Below, one piece after another: positions 1 to 7,583 of a stretch of DNA of 60,409 nt. Where the stretch lies: IMG/VR virus record IMGVR_UViG_3300044514_000014, positions 1-60,409 of that record; one strand, given 5' to 3'. This DNA comes from a virus. How positions within the stretch are numbered: position 1 is the stretch's first letter; each line of letters starts with the position of its first letter. The translations under genes were made by a program, and so were the position numbers. The notes below the pieces were generated by a model that was not told the DNA's origin, did no database searches, and saw only the letters and a list, made by a program, of their open reading frames with translations.

Positions 1-23
1 CTTCCGCATGATCTTTTCGCCCG
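1..23. repeat. Terminal overlap: bases 1-23 are identical to 60387-60409 (circularly closed or terminally redundant contig)
   Basis: cttccgcatgatcttttcgcccg occurs at both ends. The ORF starting at 60259 runs off the end and continues in frame into 8..967. Confidence 0.9.
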
Positions 24-967
24 GCAAACAGGCGGCAGACATCGAGAAAGCATTCCGAGAAGCATACGGGGATCGCCCGCAAGAGTTGAATGTCCGGTTT
101 GCTGACGCGTCTGTAAAAGAAGTTTGGGACGCAAATTATGAGTGCTACAAGCAGGGCGGGCTTGTGGCGAAAGCTGGCACAAATGAAACCGGCGCGTACT
201 GGATTTTCTATCGTGACCCTAACACAATGGAAGTATTAGTCCGCAACAGCGCCCCTGTCGGGGAGGATGGCCGGGCATTATTCGAGAAACCGATTAACTT
301 GAATACTCCAATTTATAACATGGCAAACGGCGACCCAGCTTTGCTGGAAACTGTTGGACGCTTGCAGGTTGTAATCCCCGAAGTGGCGCACCTTGCGGTT
401 GGCTACTTTACATTTCAACCAGGCTCACCGCGCGACATTCGCAATATCAGCGCAGAGATTGCAATGTACGCAGCAATGGCTTCATCCTATGGAAACTCTA
501 TAACCGGCATTCCGTTCGTGCTGGGTCGGCGCAAAGAAGAAGTAACCAAAAACATCAACGGGAAACTCTCCAAAGGCACATCCTGGCCCGTGCACCTTAC
601 GGCTGGCGGTGTGTGGGGCAAACAAGCCATCGAAATGATCGAGCGCCTTGCATTGCCTGAATACATCGAAGGTGAAGTTAAAGACGTTACAGCCAATGCC
701 CCTGATTCAGAAGATGCCCCCCCGGAATGGGAAGGTGATCCATTTGCACCTGAGGAAGTTCCCTCCAAAGTTTCACCCACTCCCACTGAACAAGTAGACA
801 CCCATGAACTTCACGCTGAACTGGTGAAGGAGTTCTCGAAGAAGTGGAACGCAGCACTCAAGAAAACTGATATGAAGAAACTCCCGAAGATCAATGGCAA
901 TTCAACTACCGCTCAAATCCGCGAAGCAATTGCGGGCATTGACGCAGCGGTGGCCGCCTCCGCCTAA
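8..967 (+). CDS. Early protein of unknown function; C-terminal continuation of the junction-spanning ORF that starts at 60259
   Basis: Long ORF in the same frame as 60259..60409 once the 23-nt overlap is removed. No family recognised with confidence. Confidence 0.6.
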   Translation: MIFSPGKQAADIEKAFREAYGDRPQELNVRFADASVKEVWDANYECYKQGGLVAKAGTNETGAYWIFYRDPNTMEVLVRNSAPVGEDGRALFEKPINLNTPIYNMANGDPALLETVGRLQVVIPEVAHLAVGYFTFQPGSPRDIRNISAEIAMYAAMASSYGNSITGIPFVLGRRKEEVTKNINGKLSKGTSWPVHLTAGGVWGKQAIEMIERLALPEYIEGEVKDVTANAPDSEDAPPEWEGDPFAPEEVPSKVSPTPTEQVDTHELHAELVKEFSKKWNAALKKTDMKKLPKINGNSTTAQIREAIAGIDAAVAASA

Positions 968-1020
968 CCCTCCCCCGCTCCGCTGGTGCGTTGGATTGGC
1001 TCGAACGCACCGTCGGGGCA
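965..1020 (+). repeat. GC-rich hairpin element R1 (paralogue of 1818..1872)
   Basis: Begins at the TAA of the upstream ORF. Stem GGTGCGTT/AACGCACC with outer CCCCG/CGGGG; the loop contains TTGGCTCGAA. Confidence 0.7.
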
Positions 1021-1070
1021 CCCTCATCAGGTTTCCTGTTCCAGCCTCAAACAGGGAGAAAGGTTTTGTC

Positions 1071-1820
1071 ATGCGCAATCCGAAATACATCATAATCAAC
1101 GGCAAGCAACTATCGGAGATTTTGGAAGCACATAGAAAATGGGTGCTTGGAGATGATGGTGGAGAACGCGCCGATCTGAGTGCCGCCAATCTGAGTGCCG
1201 CCAATCTGCGTGCCGCCGATCTGAGTGCCGCCAATCTGAGTGCCGCCAATCTGCGTGCCGCCGATCTGAGTGCCGCCAATCTGCGTGACGCCGATCTGCG
1301 TGCCGCCGATCTGAGTGACGCCAATCTGCGTGCCGCCAATCTGCGTGCCGCCGATCTGAGTGCCGCCAATCTGAGTGCCGCCAATCTGCGTGCCGCCGAT
1401 CTGAGTGCCGCCAATCTGAGTGACGCCGATCTGAGTGACGCCGATCTGCGTGCCGCCGATCTGAGTGACGCCAATCTGCGTGCCGCCAAAAATAAAGAAA
1501 TGGCGGAGGCCGTTACTTGTATTATCCCTGACGGCGACATCATCGGCTGGAAAAAGTGCAAGGACGACGTGATTGTCAAGCTCTCAATACCCAGCACCGC
1601 AAAACGCAGCAATGCCACTGACCGCAAATGCCGCGCTGAATACGCAACGGTTATTGAGGTTTTCGGCGCGGAGTATGGTGTCACGACAAATCACGGCCCG
1701 CGCACAGAATATCATGTCGGGGAGATTGTCCGCCCTGATAAGTGGGATGCAAACCGCTGGGAAGAATGCTCAAACGGCATTCACTTTTTTATCACTCGCT
1801 GGGAAGCTGAGCACTACTAA
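1071..1820 (+). CDS. Pentapeptide-repeat protein (21 tandem A(D/N)L(S/R)x units) with a globular C-terminal domain ending GIHFFITRWEAEHY
   Basis: ATG 1071 follows GGGAGAAAGG. Translation shows ADLSA/ANLSA/ANLRA units. The C-terminal region resembles the DUF5758-type domain often fused to phage pentapeptide proteins (from memory). Confidence 0.85.
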   Translation: MRNPKYIIINGKQLSEILEAHRKWVLGDDGGERADLSAANLSAANLRAADLSAANLSAANLRAADLSAANLRDADLRAADLSDANLRAANLRAADLSAANLSAANLRAADLSAANLSDADLSDADLRAADLSDANLRAAKNKEMAEAVTCIIPDGDIIGWKKCKDDVIVKLSIPSTAKRSNATDRKCRAEYATVIEVFGAEYGVTTNHGPRTEYHVGEIVRPDKWDANRWEECSNGIHFFITRWEAEHY

Positions 1821-1872
1821 CCTCCCCCGCTCAGCTAGTGCGCTGGCTTGGCTCGGACGCACTAGCGGGGCA
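1818..1872 (+). repeat. GC-rich hairpin element R2 (paralogue of 965..1020)
   Basis: Starts at the TAA of the pentapeptide gene. Stem CTAGTGCG/CGCACTAG carries compensatory changes relative to R1; the loop contains TTGGCTCGGA. Confidence 0.7.
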
Positions 1873-1876
1873 ACCT

Positions 1877-1961
1877 GGGCAGAAGTTGTGATGGGTGACA
1901 CAATCTGACTGTAAATCAGACGGGCCGTGCGTCCTTGAGAGTTCAAATCTCTCTCTGCCCA
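1877..1961 (+). tRNA. tRNA-Tyr (anticodon GTA), class II with long variable arm
   Basis: Cloverleaf read by eye: acceptor GGGCAGA/TCTGCCC, anticodon stem TCTGA/TCAGA with loop CTGTAAA, variable arm GGGC..GTCC, T-arm GAGAG-TTCAAAT-CTCTC, discriminator A. Confidence 0.8.
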
Positions 1962-2082
1962 CTACATTTATTTGCTGAAGCCTGCTCATCCTATGACCTC
2001 AAGCGCAAACGCGCATGGACGAGACGGACGGTCGGCCAGCCGTCCGGGGCAGGCATCAGCAAATAAACGAAAGGATTTGATT

Positions 2083-2295
2083 ATGACAGACTCAACGATC
2101 AAAAGCAGTCTGCTCGCCCTGGGCCTCAACGAACTCCAAGCCGCAGAAGCGGCAGAAGCAGCCGCCAGCGACGCATTCCACGACAGCAACCTTTCGTCTG
2201 ACCGGGAAGCGTGGCTCGCCGCCTTCAATCGGGCGCAAGAGTTGCGGCGTCTGTACAAGCTGGGCGATGCCCTGATACTCTCGAGAGGATTTTGA
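2083..2295 (+). CDS. Hypothetical small protein
   Basis: ATG 2083 follows AAAGGA. The upstream part of track ORF 1972.. lacks an RBS. Confidence 0.5.
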   Translation: MTDSTIKSSLLALGLNELQAAEAAEAAASDAFHDSNLSSDREAWLAAFNRAQELRRLYKLGDALILSRGF

Positions 2296-2296
2296 C

Positions 2297-2524
2297 ATGA
2301 GCGCAATTGACAAATTAATCGCAGTTTGCAAGAGTGACCTGGATGACGAAATGCTGGATCTGGCGCTTGAGGCAGAGCGCGAACTAGCCAGCCTCCGGGC
2401 AATCGAGAAGGCGGGGGGTGGACTGGTTGTTTATCGCCGCCGCGTCGGGCCGCTCAACTTCCAACTAGAAAAGGCTGACTATTTCATTGATGAAATTCGT
2501 AACGCGTTCGGGGGTGAGGGATGA
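2297..2524 (+). CDS. Hypothetical protein
   Basis: ORF tightly packed with its neighbours (ATGA overlap at 2521). Confidence 0.55.
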   Translation: MSAIDKLIAVCKSDLDDEMLDLALEAERELASLRAIEKAGGGLVVYRRRVGPLNFQLEKADYFIDEIRNAFGGEG

Positions 2525-2769
2525 GCAAACACACCCCTACCCCTTGGAAGGTATTTGTACACGGAAGGGTAACCGAAGTCCATGACAAGGACAGTAAGGC
2601 GATAGTGTCGTGGATGGGATTTGATGAACCAGACCGCACGCTGGCGACGCACCGAGCAAACGCCCGCCTGATCGTCAAAGCCGTAAACGCTTACGCCGCG
2701 AAGACCGCAGAAGCGGAGAAGCGGAAGCGGAGAAGCGGAAGCGTAGGGCAGTCGTCATGGAACAAATGA
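2521..2769 (+). CDS. Hypothetical protein (HTPTPW ... NARLIV motif common in small phage proteins)
   Basis: ORF with a start overlapping the upstream stop. The 3' end carries a GAAGCGGA microsatellite. Confidence 0.55.
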   Translation: MSKHTPTPWKVFVHGRVTEVHDKDSKAIVSWMGFDEPDRTLATHRANARLIVKAVNAYAAKTAEAEKRKRRSGSVGQSSWNK

Positions 2770-2791
2770 GCTATGTGTGGTAATATTGTAG

Positions 2792-2909
2792 TGCGAGGCG
2801 AAATTGAACGGTAACGGAAAGACGTTTTCTTTTAACCTGATATACTCTACTGGTTCCCCAGCGATACCGTTTCGCCTCGCAACGATTCGGCTTTCCTCGC
2901 TGGGGAACC
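2792..2909 (+). other. Interleaved inverted repeats (pseudoknot-like topology) in a 170-nt intergenic leader
   Basis: A TGCGAGGCGAAA(..)CGGTA at 2792-2815 pairs with TACCGTTTCGCCTCGCA at 2865-2881. B GGTTCCCCAGCGA at 2852-2864 pairs with TCGCTGGGGAACC at 2897-2909. Confidence 0.6.
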
Positions 2910-2940
2910 GCTATTTAAGCCGAGACCCGGTAAAGGTGGA

Positions 2941-3180
2941 ATGATGATAGCAACACAAAGACAAACCCAAACACTGACCCCCGAATTCTTCTGCAAGATT
3001 TTCGACGAGATCGGACGCGCCGCGAACCGGCTCTATAACCGGGCTTTGGCAGGGGAGCCGATGACCTCCCGTGATGTGGCAATGGCGGCGGAGTATCTAC
3101 AAACATACATTGATATTTTGGAAATAATGGAAGATGCACCGGTGGTGTTCAGCGGGGCCGGGCGCGTGAGTTTCGAGTGA
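2941..3180 (+). CDS. Hypothetical protein
   Basis: ORF preceded by AAAGGTGGA. Confidence 0.55.
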   Translation: MMIATQRQTQTLTPEFFCKIFDEIGRAANRLYNRALAGEPMTSRDVAMAAEYLQTYIDILEIMEDAPVVFSGAGRVSFE

Positions 3181-3184
3181 GGGA

Positions 3185-4069
3185 ATGATGAGCAAAACAA
3201 TACTCTCAGAAATTGACGGCTTTACGCCGTTGCCCGATTTGCTTGTAAAGAGATATGGGCTTTTTACTGCCGCTGTGTTTGGGCGTATGTGGCGATATTG
3301 CCAGATGCAGGATGGAATTTGTAGGGCAACCCTGGATACATTAGCCAGCGAACTAAACATCAGTAAAATGACGATCATCCGCCATATTGAAACCCTAGTA
3401 TACGACGACTTCCTAAAAGACACAACTCCAGACCGAAAGAACAAACCGCACGTTTACGCCGATACTGGAAAAGTGGCAATGTACAACAAATTCGGCATGG
3501 CCCTCACGGTAACAGAAAGTAAGAGCGAAAAACCCACTCTAACAGAAAGTGACTCTGCGTTAACTTTAAGTGACTCTCAGAGTCACACAGAGTTACTTGA
3601 AGATAGTAAGAAGAGAGAATCTAAGAAATCCCTTCCGCTTGAATGGAAAATCGCCCACGGCGAACCCATCACGGAAGAAGACGTAACACAACCCGCTTTA
3701 GAGAATAACGCACTAATTGAATTCGAGAAGGCTTTAGGTTTTGGTACTTTGCCCTGGGACTCAAACACTGTATGGACTTCCTTCAAGAAGTTTGTCGTCA
3801 AGGTACACACCGCCAATTCTAAAGTTTTTGCCGACTATAAGGAATGGCGCGACGGTGACGGAAAATACAAGGCTTTCAGCAACCGGAAGATCCGCGAAAA
3901 TCCAAAGATGTTTATGGACACCGGCTACCCCGAATACGAAGCCAGCAAGATGTATCACCGCACAGACGAAACCCGCCCCGAGTATCAGCCCGTTCCTGAT
4001 ACGCCAGTTGTCCGCACTCCCCGCCCGGCGAATGTTCCCCGCCCGAATATCAATTTGAGAGGTGTTTGA
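3185..4069 (+). CDS. Replication initiator / replisome organiser-like protein (N-terminal winged HTH)
   Basis: N-terminus LASELNISKMTIIRHIETL is HTH-like. The gene sits directly upstream of, and overlaps, the DnaB helicase gene. Iterons lie in the central linker. Confidence 0.6.
   Translation: MMSKTILSEIDGFTPLPDLLVKRYGLFTAAVFGRMWRYCQMQDGICRATLDTLASELNISKMTIIRHIETLVYDDFLKDTTPDRKNKPHVYADTGKVAMYNKFGMALTVTESKSEKPTLTESDSALTLSDSQSHTELLEDSKKRESKKSLPLEWKIAHGEPITEEDVTQPALENNALIEFEKALGFGTLPWDSNTVWTSFKKFVVKVHTANSKVFADYKEWRDGDGKYKAFSNRKIRENPKMFMDTGYPEYEASKMYHRTDETRPEYQPVPDTPVVRTPRPANVPRPNINLRGV
3510..3586. repeat. Iteron cluster inside the initiator gene (candidate origin)
   Basis: TAACAGAAAGT occurs twice (3510, 3540) and AAGTGACTCT twice (3547, 3568). 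Perfect palindrome GTGACTCTcAGAGTCAC at 3570-3586, followed by an A/G-rich tract. Confidence 0.5.
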
Positions 4070-5364
4070 TGTCACAAAACAAAGATAACGAAACCGGTCT
4101 ACTCGGCGCGGTTATGCGTGACCCGGCTCAATACGAATCGATACGCGAACTGGTAACGGCGAATGATTTTAGCTGGCAGTGCTATGGCTGGGCCTGGGAA
4201 ATATTCGAGAAGCTGCACACCAACGGAATGGTGATCGATGTCATCACCGTTGGCGATGAACTCGAGCGGATAGGCAAGTTGGATGAGTTCGCCCTGGAAG
4301 GCGGACAATTCCGCGCCCGCGCTGCCCTCTCCCATATCCGGGCAGATGGCAACCCGCGCGCCGTGGAAACTTATGCAGCAAATATCCTTGACTACTCTGC
4401 TAAGCGTCAGATCGTCCCGCTGATGAATGACGGCGTGACCTGGGCCGCCAACGGGCGTCGGGGTGCGGACATTATCACCGACCTGACGCAGCGGCTATCG
4501 AAGATCAAGACATTTGACAGCAAGGCAAGCCAACACGCGCTGACGTTGGCTGAGGCGGTATCCCAGGCATACGATTACACCGACCGCGCGGCGCGCGGTG
4601 AGATCAAGACGGTCAAGACCGGATTTATTGACCTTGACCGAATTCTGAAAGGCTTGTACGGCGGGGATGTGTATTACATCGCAAGCAGGCCGGGGCAGGG
4701 CAAGACAGCATGGCTCGGGTCACTCGTCAAGAACGTGGCTGAGACCGGCAAGCGCGTCGCCGTGTTTGAGCTCGAGATGACCAACCAGGCAATAGCCATG
4801 CGGTTACTCGCGCAACAGAGCGGCGTGTCAGTGGACAAGCAACGCAGCGGCGAAATGGAAGAATACGATTGGCCGAAATATACCCAAGCCGTTGAGACGC
4901 TGGCCGAGTATCCGGTATTCCTCAACGACCTCCCCTCCATTTCCCCTGCTCGCATCAGGCAGGAACTTCGCCGCATTGGTGTGGTGGATCTGGTTGTTAT
5001 AGATTACATCCAACTTGCATCGGCGGACGCCCGCGAAGATAAGCGTTACATGGAATTGGCGAATATCGCCCGCGGCTTGAAGGCGATTGCAAAAGAATTC
5101 GACGTGCCGGTGATTACCGCCGCGCAGTTATCCCGGGCTGTGGAAATGCGAGCCGAGAAAAAGCCGATCCTGTCCGACTTGAAAGAATCTGGCGGGCTGG
5201 AAGAAAACGCCGATGTCGTAATGTTTATCTACCGCCCTGACCAGGACGAACAAAACAAAGCCGAAATTATTGTAGCGAAGCACCGTAACGGGCGCGTTGG
5301 AATGTGTGAATTGATATATATCCCCCACTTGACCCGATTTGATAATCTAGCGAAAGGATATTAG
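4066..5364 (+). CDS. dnaB: Replicative DNA helicase DnaB
   Basis: Walker A SRPGQGKTA; IDYIQL; AAQLSR; LKESGGLEENADVV; AKHRNG. A typical DnaB C-terminal domain. Confidence 0.95.
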   Translation: MMSQNKDNETGLLGAVMRDPAQYESIRELVTANDFSWQCYGWAWEIFEKLHTNGMVIDVITVGDELERIGKLDEFALEGGQFRARAALSHIRADGNPRAVETYAANILDYSAKRQIVPLMNDGVTWAANGRRGADIITDLTQRLSKIKTFDSKASQHALTLAEAVSQAYDYTDRAARGEIKTVKTGFIDLDRILKGLYGGDVYYIASRPGQGKTAWLGSLVKNVAETGKRVAVFELEMTNQAIAMRLLAQQSGVSVDKQRSGEMEEYDWPKYTQAVETLAEYPVFLNDLPSISPARIRQELRRIGVVDLVVIDYIQLASADAREDKRYMELANIARGLKAIAKEFDVPVITAAQLSRAVEMRAEKKPILSDLKESGGLEENADVVMFIYRPDQDEQNKAEIIVAKHRNGRVGMCELIYIPHLTRFDNLAKGY

Positions 5365-5365
5365 C

Positions 5366-5734
5366 ATGAGAAGGCCATACCGACAGGACGGAAAGACCGT
5401 GCCCCAGGTGGCGCTTGAGATCGTCCGTTCCCACCCCGAGGGCGTGACAGCGCATTACCTGTCAAAGAACCTGGGATGCTTGTTGAAGTCCGCATACGCC
5501 GTCATCGACGGGCTGGTGCGGAACGGTCTTGCGCGCAAGGAGTACCGGGACGGGCGGACGCGGCGCGATTTCGTGGTGACGGCGAAGCATGTTTGTTACG
5601 TGTCACCGGCTTATGGCGGCGGGTGCTTCAAATGCCGCTTCGAGCAACGGAAAGAGTATTACAAGAGCGAACCATTTCCAATCTACGGCAAAAGCGGGCG
5701 CTATATGCCCCACGCCGACAAAGCGAAACATTGA
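5366..5734 (+). CDS. Winged-helix (MarR-like) DNA-binding protein, hypothetical
   Basis: N-terminal segment VTAHYLSKNLGCLLKSAYAVIDGLVRNGLARK resembles a wHTH. Confidence 0.45.
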   Translation: MRRPYRQDGKTVPQVALEIVRSHPEGVTAHYLSKNLGCLLKSAYAVIDGLVRNGLARKEYRDGRTRRDFVVTAKHVCYVSPAYGGGCFKCRFEQRKEYYKSEPFPIYGKSGRYMPHADKAKH

Positions 5735-5747
5735 AAGGATAAATACC

Positions 5748-5945
5748 ATGAGTACGCGTCCGATTATCTACTGTGTCAATTACCAAAGCTGTCACAATTT
5801 TGTTGACTTCTCCGGTTCCCTGTGCGACGATTGCAAGGACGCCGCAAGCAAGCTGACGCACGCGGTTTTGCAGGATTACAACCCCGACTCACTGAGCAAA
5901 AACGAAGGGTTAAGAAGGCACCTGAAAAGAGGCAAGAAGAGATGA
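5748..5945 (+). CDS. Small Cys-containing hypothetical protein
   Basis: ATG 5748 follows AAAGGA. It overlaps the next start by ATGA. Confidence 0.5.
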   Translation: MSTRPIIYCVNYQSCHNFVDFSGSLCDDCKDAASKLTHAVLQDYNPDSLSKNEGLRRHLKRGKKR

Positions 5946-6238
5946 CACCAAAACGAATACAAAGGCGTAGAACAAAAGGCTGGAAGATGCCGCCTGGCAC
6001 GGTCTATGTTGGCCGCCCTACAAAGTACGGTAATCCTTTCAAAATTGGCGATCCTCATCCTGTGTTTAGCGTCCCGATGGATGCTGAGGATGTTTGCAAA
6101 ATGTACGAATGGGGTATGGTAAACGTCAAGCCTGATTTGTCAGAGTTGCGCGGCAAAAACCTTGCCTGCTGGTGCAAAGAAGGTGATCCGTGTCATGCCG
6201 ATGTCCTTCTGCGGCTTGCGAATGAGGCGAAGCCATGA
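5942..6238 (+). CDS. DUF4326-like protein
   Basis: KGWKMP..YVGRPTKYGNPF..LACWC..PCHADVL matches the DUF4326 pattern as I recall it. Confidence 0.65.
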   Translation: MTPKRIQRRRTKGWKMPPGTVYVGRPTKYGNPFKIGDPHPVFSVPMDAEDVCKMYEWGMVNVKPDLSELRGKNLACWCKEGDPCHADVLLRLANEAKP

Positions 6239-6657
6239 CCACCGCCACGCGCAAGGAAATTACCACACATATTGAAAAGTGTGGTATTTCCCTTGTGCTC
6301 CCTTGGCCTGACCTTCGCCTGTCGCCAAACTCACGAAAGCCTCACCGCTGGCTTACGAATGTCCGAAGCATCGCGCGCAATACCGGATTCTTCGCGGCGA
6401 AAGAAGCCGGGTGGTCTATACCTGATAGAACGCCGCTGCACCTGTATTTGACCTTCTGCCCGCCTGACCATCGGCGGCGGGATGACGATAACCTTATTGG
6501 CGCTTTTAAGTCGTACCGTGACGGGATCTTCAAGGCGCTGTGTGTTGACGATTCAAACGTAAAACTCACCACCTATGGCATCGGGAAGAAAACCGAAGGC
6601 GGGGCGGTGATAGTAAAAGTTGTGGTCATTAGACCGGAAAGGATAGGAACGAAATGA
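6235..6657 (+). CDS. rusA: RusA-family Holliday junction resolvase
   Basis: LPWP, PDHRRRDDDNL and DDSNV align with E. coli RusA motifs (LPWPP, PDRRRRDLDNL, DDAQV). Confidence 0.85.
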   Translation: MTTATRKEITTHIEKCGISLVLPWPDLRLSPNSRKPHRWLTNVRSIARNTGFFAAKEAGWSIPDRTPLHLYLTFCPPDHRRRDDDNLIGAFKSYRDGIFKALCVDDSNVKLTTYGIGKKTEGGAVIVKVVVIRPERIGTK

Positions 6658-6773
6658 TAATTATCTTGGAAGCATTGGCCGGAATGGGTTTGGCTCTCCT
6701 GCTGGTTTGGTTTCTGCTGATCGCTATAGGCCTGGGCGCGATGGTAGACCACAAGAACTCGGAGGACGAATGA
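6654..6773 (+). CDS. 39-aa single-pass membrane peptide
   Basis: Below the track cutoff. ATGA overlaps at both ends. Hydrophobic core GMGLALLLVWFLLIAIGLGA. Confidence 0.4.
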   Translation: MIIILEALAGMGLALLLVWFLLIAIGLGAMVDHKNSEDE

Positions 6774-6901
6774 ACCGCTTTATTCGCTGGCTCGAAGCCA
6801 AGCCTGCCCGGGCCTGGTACATCAGCCTGGCGGGTTGGCTGGTGTTTACGGCTCTGTGCACGCTGGCATTGGCGGCGGCCACAGCGGGGCTGCAGCCATG
6901 A
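6770..6901 (+). CDS. Small membrane protein
   Basis: ATG 6770 overlaps the upstream stop. One TM segment (WYISLAGWLVFTALCTLALAAA). Confidence 0.45.
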   Translation: MNRFIRWLEAKPARAWYISLAGWLVFTALCTLALAAATAGLQP

Positions 6902-7053
6902 ACGGCTGGCTGCTCTGCACCATCGCAGCCGTTGCGCTTGTGCTGCTCTTTGCGGGCGCGTGTATGCTGGCGCAGGTGCGTAATGCCCGGCGTGTGGACG
7001 ATGACACGCCGACCGCCGGGCAGATCAAGTATGCATTCAAGAAAAGAGGATGA
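6898..7053 (+). CDS. Small membrane protein
   Basis: ATGA-coupled start at 6898. TM segment LLCTIAAVALVLLFAGACML. Confidence 0.45.
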   Translation: MNGWLLCTIAAVALVLLFAGACMLAQVRNARRVDDDTPTAGQIKYAFKKRG

Positions 7054-7054
7054 T

Positions 7055-7312
7055 ATGAGTATCAAAAGTTTTCTGCAAACGTGGCAAGTCATCAAACACG
7101 ACACGCCGCCCGGCAAGAAGTACGGCCCCATCCCTGGCACAAATCTGGTCCGCGCCCCGTCCGGCGAAGAGGCGCTGCGGCTCGCCGGGATGGATGGCAG
7201 GACGCAAGCCGGTAACAAGTTCACAGTCGCCAACCACAAAGGCAACGGCGTGTACGAGATCAAGGCTGAGGACTGGCCGCAGCAGCCCCCTGCCCCGGCT
7301 CATATCGGATAA
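7055..7312 (+). CDS. Hypothetical protein
   Basis: ATG 7055 lies 1 nt after the upstream stop and follows AGAGGA. Confidence 0.5.
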   Translation: MSIKSFLQTWQVIKHDTPPGKKYGPIPGTNLVRAPSGEEALRLAGMDGRTQAGNKFTVANHKGNGVYEIKAEDWPQQPPAPAHIG

Positions 7313-7348
7313 TATACGCGGAATGTGTATTGTCCGATATCTGTTGCA

Positions 7349-7376
7349 GCCGGGAGCGGACGGGCGCAGGGGGCGG
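7349..7376 (+). repeat. GC-rich direct repeat, copy 1 (GCCGGGAGCGG(A)CGGGCGCAGGGGGCGG)
   Basis: Near-identical copy at 7584-7608. The two copies flank the Zn-ribbon ORF. Confidence 0.7.
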
Positions 7377-7393
7377 GCACAAGTAGGATAAAT

Positions 7394-7579
7394 ATGAAAA
7401 TAAAACCTGAAGCCTATGAAATAGCTTACGAATGTATGAACTGCCATACTGTTAATTTTATTTCTTACCCTATGGGTGAACACGCACCGAGCGACCCCGA
7501 ATTGACGTGCCGCTATTGCGGATGCGGCGAGTTCTACCCCCCACGCAAGCCAACGTCCAAAGATTACACGGGCAAGTAA
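7394..7579 (+). CDS. Zn-ribbon protein (CxxC...CxxC)
   Basis: CMNC and CRYCGC pairs. ATG 7394 follows GTAGGA. Confidence 0.5.
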   Translation: MKIKPEAYEIAYECMNCHTVNFISYPMGEHAPSDPELTCRYCGCGEFYPPRKPTSKDYTGK

Positions 7580-7583
7580 CCGC

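Noticed and set aside
1169-1487. Regular 15-nt repeats that could be mistaken for a CRISPR-like or tandem-repeat array
   Set aside because: The units are contiguous with no spacers, and they translate into a canonical pentapeptide-repeat protein. This is a coding repeat, not CRISPR. I saw no CRISPR array anywhere in the window.
902-1684. 260-aa minus-strand ORF antisense to the pentapeptide gene
   Set aside because: It is the mirror image of the repeat (LAALRSAARR...). It has no RBS and lies entirely inside a well-supported plus-strand gene, so it is an artefact of the repetitive GC-rich sequence.
2709-2744. A GAAGCGGA-type microsatellite
   Set aside because: It lies inside the 3' end of ORF 2521..2769 and encodes a basic/acidic tail (AEAEKRKRRSGS). 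It may be slippage-prone, but nothing suggests a separate function.
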